Shown piece after piece: positions 1-8,381 of a DNA stretch of 32,000 nucleotides. This stretch comes from Ktedonobacterales bacterium. Lineage in GTDB: Bacteria > Chloroflexota > Ktedonobacteria > Ktedonobacterales > JADMIN01. Location: the NCBI GenBank assembly GCA_030167145.1, contig CP126532.1, positions 4,440,001 to 4,472,000 of the forward strand, in the 5' to 3' direction. Made by a program: the position numbers and the translations under genes. Positions within the stretch are counted from its first letter, which is position 1, and each line of letters opens with the position of its first letter. The notes beneath the pieces are model-generated. The model had not been told where the DNA came from. It saw nothing but the letters and a program-made list of their open reading frames with translations, and did no database searches.

Positions 1-1
1 C

Positions 2-118
2 TGCGGTGTCGGAGGCACGGTCAAGGACGGCGTCATCGAACTGCAAGGCGATCACGTCCCGGTGATACAGAAGAAGCTCACCGAACTGGGCTATCGCGTC
101 AAGGTCGCGGGCGGCTGA
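2..118 (+). CDS. yciH: SUI1/YciH-family translation initiation factor, C-terminal fragment (5' end outside window)
   Basis: My translation from position 2 gives CGVGGTVKDGVIELQGDHVPVIQKKLTELGYRVKVAGG*, with stop TGA at 116-118. This parallels the conserved C-terminus of E. coli YciH as I recall it (..CGGAVKDGVIEIQGD...KVKLAGG). It is absent from the ORF track because it is open at the window edge. Confidence 0.8.
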   Translation, partial: CGVGGTVKDGVIELQGDHVPVIQKKLTELGYRVKVAGG

Positions 119-135
119 GACAGCCTGCGATTTTC

Positions 136-165
136 TTGACACATCCGGCACAAAGGGCATACACT
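136..165 (+). promoter_or_regulatory. candidate sigma70-type promoter for the 323-889 gene
   Basis: TTGACA at 136-141, an 18-nt spacer, then TACACT at 160-165. This implies a leader of about 150 nt. Sequence match only. Confidence 0.35.
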
Positions 166-322
166 CAGGGGAAGGCTCTCGCAGATCCGCCAGCCTGACG
201 CAACCACTGCCGTTGCGCAGTGTAGCTGGCTCCTCAAGGCGCGGGAGCCGTGGCACAGCGCCACCTGGCGCTTGCGCTGTAATGTGACGCGAGACACGAG
301 TCTCCGTGAGGTGAGCAAGAGC

Positions 323-889
323 ATGTTGAGGAAAGATCCCGCACAAGATATGGACCGCCCCCACTACTACTCACAGTATTGGATTGACGTTGCCTTTGGC
401 CAGACCGCCGGGGCCGCCGACAGCGTTGACGCCGCGCCATCTATCGTGAGCGACCATGATGCGTTCGACGAAGACGCCTTCGAGGAAATCGCCAGCAAAC
501 CCGCTCCACGTGCGAAGCCGCCCAAGGCCCCGGAAAAGAAGCCTGAGCCAACCCGCCCAGTGCTCACATCCCTGGCCGACCTCGCCAATATTGACCAGCT
601 CATGAAGAGTTCGGCGGAAATGGGCGCCGAAACTATCCCCGATATCGAGTCGGGCGAGATGGAAGACCTTGAGCCATTCGGCCAGGAGCCGCTGGTTGCG
701 GGCAGCGCGCTGCCGTCCGGCTATAGCTTCGACGATGGCGACACCATGCAGGCGTCAGACGAAGACCTGGATGACGAACTCGAGTTCGATGACGAGGAAG
801 AAGAAGAAGACGACGAGTGGGGTGGCGGACGCAAGCCCCACAAACCGCAGAAGCCGCAACGTCCGAAGCGCGAACGCCGCCCCTATTAA
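323..889 (+). CDS. hypothetical acidic, low-complexity (probably disordered) protein
   Basis: ORF 272-889. I prefer the internal ATG at 323 (MLRKDPAQDMDRPHYYSQYWIDVAFG...), which follows GGTGAG. GC-rich third codon positions support coding. A short conserved-looking N-terminus is followed by a K/P-rich stretch, a D/E-rich tract (DDEEEEEDDEW) and a basic P/K/R tail. A terminator follows the gene. Confidence 0.65.
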   Translation: MLRKDPAQDMDRPHYYSQYWIDVAFGQTAGAADSVDAAPSIVSDHDAFDEDAFEEIASKPAPRAKPPKAPEKKPEPTRPVLTSLADLANIDQLMKSSAEMGAETIPDIESGEMEDLEPFGQEPLVAGSALPSGYSFDDGDTMQASDEDLDDELEFDDEEEEEDDEWGGGRKPHKPQKPQRPKRERRPY

Positions 890-940
890 GGGATCGTCCA
901 CGGGATAACCGAGTGCGATAATCCCAGTCGGCGTAGCAAT

Positions 941-982
941 ATGGAGAAGGGTGGCATTCACGCCGTCCTTCTCCATTTTTCT
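941..982 (+). terminator. rho-independent terminator
   Basis: Perfect 10-bp stem, ATGGAGAAGG (941-950) pairing with CCTTCTCCAT (967-976), followed by TTTTCT. Confidence 0.7.
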
Positions 983-1037
983 CGTATGATTTTTCTCGCA
1001 TGCGCGGCGTTTACCCGCCAGAAAGGCGCGAGCAACC

Positions 1038-1577
1038 ATGGCTGAGCGACTCGACGGCAAGACCATTGGCATATTCGTCGCCCCTGGCTTCGAAGACCTT
1101 GAGTTCTGGGTGCCGGTGATGCGCCTGCGCGAAGAAGGCGCCCGTGTGTTGGTCATCGGCATGAACGGCGACACCGTGACGGGCAAGCACTGCCTCACCG
1201 CGACACCCGATGTTGCCGCGAGCGACGTAGCCTCCGAGAGCCTGTTTGGGCTGGTCATCCCCGGCGGCTGGGCGCCTGATAAGCTGCGCCGCGACCCCGA
1301 TGTGTTGCGGCTCGTGGACGAATGCCACACCGCTGGCAAAACCATCGGCATCATCTGCCATGCGGGTTGGGTGGCGGCCTCAGCGGGCATCGTGCGCGGC
1401 ATGCGCTTCACCGGCTCGCGCGGCATCAAAGACGACCTGGAGAACGCGGGCGCGATCTGGGTGGATGAGCCAGCGTTCCGCGAGGGCAATATCGTCTGGG
1501 GTCGCGTGGTCGAGGATATTCCCGCTTTCTGCCGCGAGCTGGTGGCGGCGTTTGGCGAGCAGGCAGAGCGCACATAG
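1038..1577 (+). CDS. DJ-1/PfpI family protein (type 1 glutamine amidotransferase-like; PfpI-type intracellular protease)
   Basis: 179 aa. It has the family layout GKTIGIFVAPGFEDLEF...VIPGG, a nucleophile-elbow Cys-His (IICHAG), and a C-terminal NIVWGR motif. Confidence 0.9.
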   Translation: MAERLDGKTIGIFVAPGFEDLEFWVPVMRLREEGARVLVIGMNGDTVTGKHCLTATPDVAASDVASESLFGLVIPGGWAPDKLRRDPDVLRLVDECHTAGKTIGIICHAGWVAASAGIVRGMRFTGSRGIKDDLENAGAIWVDEPAFREGNIVWGRVVEDIPAFCRELVAAFGEQAERT

Positions 1578-1638
1578 CGTGCGACCTGCAAGTGGCATGA
1601 GGACCGTATGAGGATGGCATGAGGACGGGGCACAGCGT

Positions 1639-1989
1639 ATGAGCGAGCGCGGCGATGAGATCACCATCGCGGACTTCGAGAAGGTGGACATTCGCGTAGG
1701 GCGCGTGCTTTCCGCAGAGCCATTGGCAGGCGCGCGGAAACCAGCTTACCAGCTTCGCATTGATTTTGGGCCGGAGCTTGGCGAGAAACAGTCTAGCGCG
1801 CAATTAACCGCGCGCTATCGTGCGGAAGATCTGGTGGGACGGCTGGTGCTGGCGGTGGTCAACTTCCCGCCCCGGCGCATCGCGGGATTCCGCTCAGAGG
1901 TGCTGACGCTTGGTGTGGCCGACGCGAACGGCGATGTCGCCCTCATCACGCCAGACGCCGATGTTCCGCTTGGCGCGCGCTTATTCTAG
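1639..1989 (+). CDS. csaA: tRNA-binding protein, CsaA / EMAP-domain family
   Basis: 116 aa. The sequence ITIADFEKVDIRVGRVLSAEP...KPAYQLRIDFG...SSAQLT...LVGRLVLAVVNFPPRRIAGFRSEVLTLG is the typical CsaA/Trbp111 OB-fold pattern. Confidence 0.88.
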   Translation: MSERGDEITIADFEKVDIRVGRVLSAEPLAGARKPAYQLRIDFGPELGEKQSSAQLTARYRAEDLVGRLVLAVVNFPPRRIAGFRSEVLTLGVADANGDVALITPDADVPLGARLF

Positions 1990-1990
1990 G

Positions 1991-3091
1991 TCACCACAAG
2001 ATATTGGCTGGCTGCGCTGTCAGCTTTTCCACCGCGAAGCCCCAATCGAGCAGTTTCGCGGCTTCGGTGAAGCGCGCCGTTTCATCTGGCTCGCCCAGCA
2101 CCACGCCCAGCAGTTGCCCCTGCGCGCGTGTCGCCGAGAAGACCAGGCACGCACCCGCATTGCCGGTGAAGCCAGTCTTGATACCCGTGATGCCCGCATA
2201 GGGCAGATCCGTCAACATGCGATCCGTCGTCGTCCACGTATAGGCTTGATGGTCACTGGTGGCCGGAAGCTGGTAGAGCGCTGTGCGCACCACATCGGGA
2301 AAAACGGGCAACGTCATCGCATACCGCGCCAGGATGGCGAGATCGCGGACGGTGGTGTAGTGGCCGGGAGCGTCGAGGCCGTGCGCGTTGGCGTAGTGCG
2401 TCTCAGTCAGGCCGAGGGTGGCGGCTTCCTGGTTCATCAGCGCGACGAACTGCGCCTGTGAGCCGCCTATACCATCGGCAATGACCACAGCGGCATCATC
2501 ACCAGAGGGCAGCAGCAGCGCGTAGAGCAGATCGCGCAAGGTCAGCACGTCGCCCTGGCGCAGCCCCGCCACGCTCGCGCCAGTGCCTTGGATTGCCACC
2601 GCATCGGCGCCCACCGTGATGCGTTGGTCGAGTTGACCGTGGGTGAGCGCCACGACAGCGGTCATGATTTTGGTCGTGCTGGCCATCGGCAATTTGGTGA
2701 AGAGTTGCTTGCCATAGAGAATCTGACCAGTCCCCAGGTTGAGCAGTATCGCGGCGCGCGCTTCCAGTGCTGGCGGGCGCGGCAACGTGACCTGCGGAGG
2801 CTGCGTAGGCAACGGAGTCGCTGTGCCAGTCGTAATCTGGAGCGCATGACCTTGCGCGACGGGAGCAGGAACGAAAGCCGCACGATATGTGGACCACGCG
2901 CCCATACCAGCGACAAACATTGCCAGATCGGCAAGAGCCAGCACGATAAGCGTGGCGCAGATGATCGCGCCCAGCGGGGAACGCTTGCTGGCGACACCCA
3001 CAGCGATCATCTTATCGGTCAGTGGTCGGGGTACGAAGCGTGGCGAAGGAGGCGCGACACGGCTCGGCTCGATCATCTGCCTCTGTGGCAT
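1991..3091 (-). CDS. dacB: D-alanyl-D-alanine carboxypeptidase (serine peptidase S11, low-MW PBP) with N-terminal membrane anchor
   Basis: 366 aa. Motifs present are SxxK (ASTTK), an SxN-like LPSGDD, and KTG (IKTGFTGNAG). There is an N-terminal TM segment. An RBS-like GGGAAGGA lies upstream of the ATG at 3091. Confidence 0.9.
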   Translation of the reverse strand: MPQRQMIEPSRVAPPSPRFVPRPLTDKMIAVGVASKRSPLGAIICATLIVLALADLAMFVAGMGAWSTYRAAFVPAPVAQGHALQITTGTATPLPTQPPQVTLPRPPALEARAAILLNLGTGQILYGKQLFTKLPMASTTKIMTAVVALTHGQLDQRITVGADAVAIQGTGASVAGLRQGDVLTLRDLLYALLLPSGDDAAVVIADGIGGSQAQFVALMNQEAATLGLTETHYANAHGLDAPGHYTTVRDLAILARYAMTLPVFPDVVRTALYQLPATSDHQAYTWTTTDRMLTDLPYAGITGIKTGFTGNAGACLVFSATRAQGQLLGVVLGEPDETARFTEAAKLLDWGFAVEKLTAQPANILW

Positions 3092-3249
3092 TGCCTGCGG
3101 TCCTTCCCAATCCTCATGTTACCTGGCGTGTCTTCGCGGTTCGCACATTGAGCGCCACCATCTGAAACGACCCATAACGTGAACGTTAACGGGGAGTATG
3201 CCTATCGCACAACTCAATGGTAGCGCCCTGCGAGCCGCGTCGTCCAGCA

Positions 3250-4230
3250 CTAGACAGCATAGGGGAGGCGATTGCGCGGGGGCGTATCCGCCACTGCGAG
3301 GCCTAGCGACAATGGCGCCAGCATCGTCACGGATTGGGAAGCTGGCGGTGTCATCGCCTTCAGCATGTGCGCATCTTTGAGCAGTTGCGTAATGGTCACG
3401 AAGCGGTAGCCACGCGCGCGTAACGCGCTGATGATCTGTGGCAGCGCCTGCACCGTCTGCGAACGGTCGCCCCCGCCGTCGTGCATCAGGATGATCGCGC
3501 CATTGCGCGCGCCCGCCAGCGCGGTACGCACGACACTTGCCACTCCGGGTCGCGACCAGTCGCGCGTATCCACATTCCATTGAATCGGCGTCATGCCCAG
3601 CGCCTTCGCCTGGCTCACCACACTATAGTTGATCGCCCCATCTGGCGCGCGAAACAGCACCGGCGTCTTCCCCGTCACCTGGGCCAGCGCCGCCGAGGTG
3701 CGGCTCATCTCCGTATGTATTGCGCTGGGCGCGAGTTTGGTCAGATTCGGATGATCCCAGGTGTGATTGCCCACATCGTTGCCATTCGCGATCTCCTGCT
3801 GCACGAACGTTGGATACCATGGTACCTGCCGCCCAATGCAGAAGAACGTTGCATGGACATCGTTTTGCTGGAGAATGTTGAGGATTTGAGTCGTCGATCC
3901 AGGCCACGGGCCGTCATCGAAGGTCAGCGCGATCTCAGGTATCGAGCCATTGCCCTGATAGACAACGCCGCCGCGCTGCACACCACCTGGCGATCCGCCC
4001 GACGTTGACCCGCCAGAGCCGGGAGTCACCGTAGGTTTTGGCTTCGGTGTCGGTGTCGGCGGGATGAGCGTGGGCGTAGGGGGAATGGATGTCGCCGTCG
4101 CAGTCGGCATTGCGGTCGGTTGCGCCACCCCGCGCTTCAACGGCGAGACCGCGCACGCGCTTATCACCACGATCAGGGCAGCCAGAATGACGGCTAGCCA
4201 GCCATATTTCCCCGCGTTCCGTGCGCTCAC
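3250..4230 (-). CDS. polysaccharide deacetylase (NodB homology domain; peptidoglycan/chitooligosaccharide deacetylase-like), membrane-anchored
   Basis: 326 aa with a GTG start at 4230. An N-terminal TM segment is followed by a P/T-rich linker. NodB motifs are present: LTFDDGP, GNHTWDHP, and RAPDG...LMHDGG. Confidence 0.9.
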   Translation of the reverse strand: MSARNAGKYGWLAVILAALIVVISACAVSPLKRGVAQPTAMPTATATSIPPTPTLIPPTPTPKPKPTVTPGSGGSTSGGSPGGVQRGGVVYQGNGSIPEIALTFDDGPWPGSTTQILNILQQNDVHATFFCIGRQVPWYPTFVQQEIANGNDVGNHTWDHPNLTKLAPSAIHTEMSRTSAALAQVTGKTPVLFRAPDGAINYSVVSQAKALGMTPIQWNVDTRDWSRPGVASVVRTALAGARNGAIILMHDGGGDRSQTVQALPQIISALRARGYRFVTITQLLKDAHMLKAMTPPASQSVTMLAPLSLGLAVADTPPRNRLPYAV

Positions 4231-4652
4231 GCTGGCGCCGCCTTTCAGCTATGCTCTTCTATGCCATATGCCCCACCGCGTTAGGGCGGCGTTATCGCGA
4301 CAAGCCCGTGGGTGGGTATTGCGCAACGCAGCGTCACGTGCCAGCGCCAGTGTATCTGATCCGAACCGAAAGCGCTGTGAGCAAAATCACACACGCCATC
4401 TGCTGAACAACCGTACACAACTATACGTAACTATGCGTAACGCTATGTGGCGATAACCGTGCCACCAGCGCCATCGCTGAGAGGTGATAGACGCGCCCAT
4501 GATTTCCGGTCTCGGATTACCGTGTGGCTGCCGAGGTCGGCCATACGACTGTACATACATGGATATGTCGCCGTAAAGAGCAGCGTCCGTATGCTGGCTC
4601 TTGCCGCCAGTTGTTGCCGCGAAGCGCGAGAGCCGCTGGGCGTTAGCCCTTT

Positions 4653-4687
4653 AGTGGTGAGTGGTGAGTGGTGAGTGGTGAGTGGTA
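4653..4687 (+). repeat. 7-bp microsatellite (AGTGGTG) x4 plus one near-copy (AGTGGTA)
   Basis: Read directly: agtggtg agtggtg agtggtg agtggtg agtggta. It ends 4 nt before the AAGGGGG RBS (4691-4697), 19 nt before the ATG at 4707. Confidence 0.9.
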
Positions 4688-4706
4688 CCGAAGGGGGCAG
4701 GCTATC

Positions 4707-6227
4707 ATGCGTGTACATACATCGCTCGGTCAGTATGCGGGTGGGTTGTTGGCGCTCGCTCTGGCCAGCACATCGCTGTACAGCTACAATTGGCTTCAGT
4801 TCAACGGCAGCGCGCAGCATTCGGGCGCCAACCACCAGGAACGATTGATCACCACTGCGAACGTGGCTGGCCTGCGCCGTCTCTTCCAGGTGACGCTGCC
4901 GAGCATCGCTGATGGCGCTCCGGCGGTGCTCGCTGGCGTCTCCACGTCCAGTGGCACGCGCGATCTCGTGTTCCTGACCACCAAAGACGGCCACATTCTG
5001 GCCTTGGACGCGCACACCGGCGCGACCGTCTGGTCAAATCAGGTTGGGCCGGGCGCATGCCATATCAACAATGGCTCCACTGTCTGCTACACCACGTCAT
5101 CGCCTGCGGTAGACCCGACTCTGCTCTACGTCTATAGCTATGGTCTCGACGGCTACGTTCACCGCTATGCCGTGGGCAGTGGCGCCGAGGTCACCGGCGG
5201 TGGCTGGCCAGAGTTGACCACCTCAAAAGCGTTCGATGAAAAAGGCTCGTCCGCGCTCACCATCGCCACGACCATCAGCGGCGTCAGCTACCTCTACGTC
5301 GCCAACGGCGGCTACCCTGGCGATAATGGCGACTATCAGGGCCACGTGACGGCGATCAATCTTGCTGATGGCTCGCAACACGTCTTCAACACGCTATGCA
5401 GCGATCAGACGGTGCATTTCGTCGAGACGCCCGGCGCCCCCGACTGCGCGCAACGGCAATCCGCCGTCTGGGCGCGCTCCGGCGTCGTCTTCGACGCCGA
5501 GACCGGCAAGATCTATCTGGCAACTGGCAATGGCGACTACGCGCCCACGCAGCACGATTGGGGCGATACCGTGCTTGCCCTCAATCCCGATGGCACCGGC
5601 GTCAATGGCAATCCGCTTGACGCCTATACGCCCACGAACTACCAGCACTTGCAGGACGCCGACCTTGATCTCGGCAGCACCACCCCAGCGATTCTCCCCA
5701 CGCCCGCCAATTGCAACGTGCGCCATCTTGGTGTGCAGGGCGGCAAAGATTCCGTACTGCGCCTGCTCAACCTGGATAACCTCAGCGGCCAGGGCGGCCC
5801 CGGCCACATTGGCGGTGAAGTCTCCACACTCAACGTGCCCCAGGGCGGCGAAGTGCTCACCGCTCCCGCCGTATGGGTCCGCGCGCGCATCGGTCAGACG
5901 TTGGTAGCCACGAACCCCACGACCTGGGTGTTCGTCACCACCGACCTCGGCATCTCCGGCCTCAAGCTGGTCTGTGGCACAAATGGAACACCAATGCTGC
6001 AATCGGTATGGAAGAGCAGCACGTGGGGCACCTCGCCAGTAGTCATCAACGACATTCTCTTCTACGCTACCCCCACGGCTCTGCGCGCATTGAACCCAAC
6101 CACCGGGGCGACGCTCTGGAAAGATAGCGGCGGCATCGGCGGCATCCATTGGGAAAGCCCCGTCATCGCCAACGGTATCGTCTACATCACCGACGAGAGC
6201 AGCCATCTCACCGCATATTCGCTCTAA
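4707..6227 (+). CDS. secreted PQQ-like beta-propeller repeat protein
   Basis: ORF 4668-6227. I prefer the ATG at 4707, preceded by AAGGGGG. It has an N-terminal signal-like segment (GGLLALALASTSLYS). Recurrent motifs of the PQQ-like propeller family are present: GHILALDAHTGATVWS and LRALNPTTGATLWKD. Confidence 0.8.
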   Translation: MRVHTSLGQYAGGLLALALASTSLYSYNWLQFNGSAQHSGANHQERLITTANVAGLRRLFQVTLPSIADGAPAVLAGVSTSSGTRDLVFLTTKDGHILALDAHTGATVWSNQVGPGACHINNGSTVCYTTSSPAVDPTLLYVYSYGLDGYVHRYAVGSGAEVTGGGWPELTTSKAFDEKGSSALTIATTISGVSYLYVANGGYPGDNGDYQGHVTAINLADGSQHVFNTLCSDQTVHFVETPGAPDCAQRQSAVWARSGVVFDAETGKIYLATGNGDYAPTQHDWGDTVLALNPDGTGVNGNPLDAYTPTNYQHLQDADLDLGSTTPAILPTPANCNVRHLGVQGGKDSVLRLLNLDNLSGQGGPGHIGGEVSTLNVPQGGEVLTAPAVWVRARIGQTLVATNPTTWVFVTTDLGISGLKLVCGTNGTPMLQSVWKSSTWGTSPVVINDILFYATPTALRALNPTTGATLWKDSGGIGGIHWESPVIANGIVYITDESSHLTAYSL

Positions 6228-6532
6228 CTGCTAAACGGCGCTGCCAGGGTGAAACGGCCCCACATCTGAGTCCCGCTGAGTCACGCCCTGGCAATGCCCT
6301 GCTTCAGCGTCCGTCAGTCGCATAGCGTTGCAGGAATATGCGTGCCGACATGGGCCATAGTGCGTAGTGCTTTGCCAATTTAGCGTAATTGTGAAGCGCG
6401 TCACACCGTAACCTGTTGAATTCGGCTATACTGCCGCCCAAGCAACCTGGGCATAACCCTATCATCACATATTCTTCCCCACTCCTTTTGCTGATCGTTT
6501 GCAGAGCATGCCCAGGATTCAACGGAGGTCTC

Positions 6533-7465
6533 ATGCGTACTTCGCGCTTCTCGCGTGCCCTCGCCTGGCTTTCTTGCGTCCTGGCGCTGACACTCGCGCT
6601 GGCGGGCTGCGATCTTGGTGCAACATCCAGCGGCGCCTCACAACCCACGTCCGCGCCCCAGGCGACGCAGATCGCCGCCACCGCCACCCCTGTGCCGAAC
6701 TGCCAGGCGATTGCCGGCTTCGCCAGCGCAGGCGCGGCCTCGGCGGGGCAGGGCTTCAACGATGTCTTCTTCCCAGCGGGCGCGATCAGCACACCAGTCA
6801 CCACCTCTGGCGGCGGGGCAGATCGTTTCACCATCAAGCAGCTTGATGTCTGCGCGCCATCCAGCACGGTAGATTCCATCCATTCCTTCTATGCCGGCGG
6901 CTTCCCGAATAACGCTTGGGCGCAATCATCTTCGTTCCCGTATGACGCCGCCGCTCTGGCATCGTGTGGCGACCCCTACTGCTGGCACATCGGCAAAGAG
7001 CCGCGCTACGCCTCGCTAGAGAAAGTCACCGACAAGGGCAACGGCCTGATCGTCTATCATCTGCGCCTGGCGCTGCCCCCATCTGCCCCCATCTGCACAC
7101 CCGACCCCGCCGCGATCTATGGCACGCGCCCCTACGATACAAACCTGCCGTCCACGGCGAGTATTCCCGCGCCACCGCTGACCAAAGACGGCCTGGGCGA
7201 CGGCTCCAGCGTCGGCAATCTGACACGCTTCTCCGAGGTGGGCGAATGCACCCCCGGCACGAACTCCGCCCTCGACACCTTCTTCAACACCGAGCTGCCA
7301 CACGCAGGCTGGCACCATAGCGCGCCGCCCTCATCGCTGTCCAGCCCCTGCCAGACGACGGGAACGCAATGGTGGAAGGACAATCAAATCTTTAGCTGGA
7401 ATCACCAGGGTGCGGCAGGCGCGGGCACCATCTTCTGGGGCTACAGCATCTGTCAGGTCGGCTAA
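6533..7465 (+). CDS. hypothetical Cys-rich lipoprotein
   Basis: ORF 6416-7465. I prefer the ATG at 6533, preceded by ACGGAGGTC. The signal peptide has the canonical lipobox LALAGC. The mature part has many Cys residues and I recognise no family. Confidence 0.7.
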   Translation: MRTSRFSRALAWLSCVLALTLALAGCDLGATSSGASQPTSAPQATQIAATATPVPNCQAIAGFASAGAASAGQGFNDVFFPAGAISTPVTTSGGGADRFTIKQLDVCAPSSTVDSIHSFYAGGFPNNAWAQSSSFPYDAAALASCGDPYCWHIGKEPRYASLEKVTDKGNGLIVYHLRLALPPSAPICTPDPAAIYGTRPYDTNLPSTASIPAPPLTKDGLGDGSSVGNLTRFSEVGECTPGTNSALDTFFNTELPHAGWHHSAPPSSLSSPCQTTGTQWWKDNQIFSWNHQGAAGAGTIFWGYSICQVG

Positions 7466-7668
7466 TCTCACAACCTGATCGAATCTAGCCATCAGCATAT
7501 CTGACAGGTCGGCGATTCGCGACAGATCTCATGGCTCGCGAGTCGCTGACCTATCATACACGCGCATAGCCGCGCCTGGCACGGAAGATGCCCCGCAACC
7601 AGGAAGCGCGAGCCGGGTCTGCGGCTCAATGGGAAACCCCACCGGACATCACAAAGGAGTGAACCGAT

Positions 7669-8352
7669 ATGCAGGTCCAGATCAAGCATCAGCCAGCCTT
7701 TGCGCTCGCGGTTGTCACCCTGGCCCCCAACGAAGAAGTCAAGGTTGAGCCAGGGGCAATGGTCAGCTTCAGCGAAGGCATGGTCTCCGAGACGGCCGTG
7801 GTAGGAGGCTTCTTCAGCGGGCTGAAACGCGCCCTGGGTGGGGAAGCATTCTTCCAGAATACCTTCAAAGCGCCACAGATCGGCGGTGAGATCACGCTGG
7901 CTCCGGCGCTCTCTGGCGACATCAACACTGTCCAGGTCGCTCCCAACATGCCCGTCTTGCTGCAAAGCGGCGCGTATCTGGCGGCAGAGCCAGGAGTGAA
8001 CTTCGATACCTCCTGGGGCGGCGCGAAGGGCTTCTTCGGCGGGCAGGGGCTGCTCTTGCTGCGCGTCACTGGGCAAGGAAAGCTCCTCTTTTCCGCTTAC
8101 GGCGCGCTCGAAGAGCGTGTGCTAGGGCCAGGGCAGACCTACACCATAGACACCGGCCACATCGTGCTGATGGACAGCACGCTCCAGTTCAAGGTGCGTG
8201 GCATGGGATCGTGGAAGAAAACGATCTTCGGCGGCGAGGGATTAGTCTGCGAGTTGACCGGACCGGGCCGCGTGCTGATGCAGACACGCAGCGAGGCCGA
8301 GTTCCTTGGCTGGCTGATCCCCAAGCTGCCGTCGAACACCAGCTCGAACTAG
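7669..8352 (+). CDS. AIM24 / TIGR00266 (former DUF124) family protein
   Basis: 227 aa with RBS AAAGGAG upstream. The sequence MQVQIKHQPAFALAVVTLAPNEEVKVEPGAMVSFS...GEAFFQNTF...GEITLAP... is typical of this family. Confidence 0.85.
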   Translation: MQVQIKHQPAFALAVVTLAPNEEVKVEPGAMVSFSEGMVSETAVVGGFFSGLKRALGGEAFFQNTFKAPQIGGEITLAPALSGDINTVQVAPNMPVLLQSGAYLAAEPGVNFDTSWGGAKGFFGGQGLLLLRVTGQGKLLFSAYGALEERVLGPGQTYTIDTGHIVLMDSTLQFKVRGMGSWKKTIFGGEGLVCELTGPGRVLMQTRSEAEFLGWLIPKLPSNTSSN

Positions 8353-8381
8353 CGCGGCCCATCGCGTCCATCCTGGTCATC

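Noticed and set aside
755-1633. 292-aa minus-strand ORF spanning the DJ-1/PfpI gene
   Set aside because: It is antisense to a gene with clear family motifs, crosses a plus-strand terminator and intergenic region, and its product is Ser/Arg/Ala-rich with no recognisable features.
1987-1993. Convergent csaA and dac genes whose stop codons are separated by a single nucleotide
   Set aside because: This is real, but it is ordinary genome compaction. No overlapping regulatory structure is evident, so it is noted only as context.
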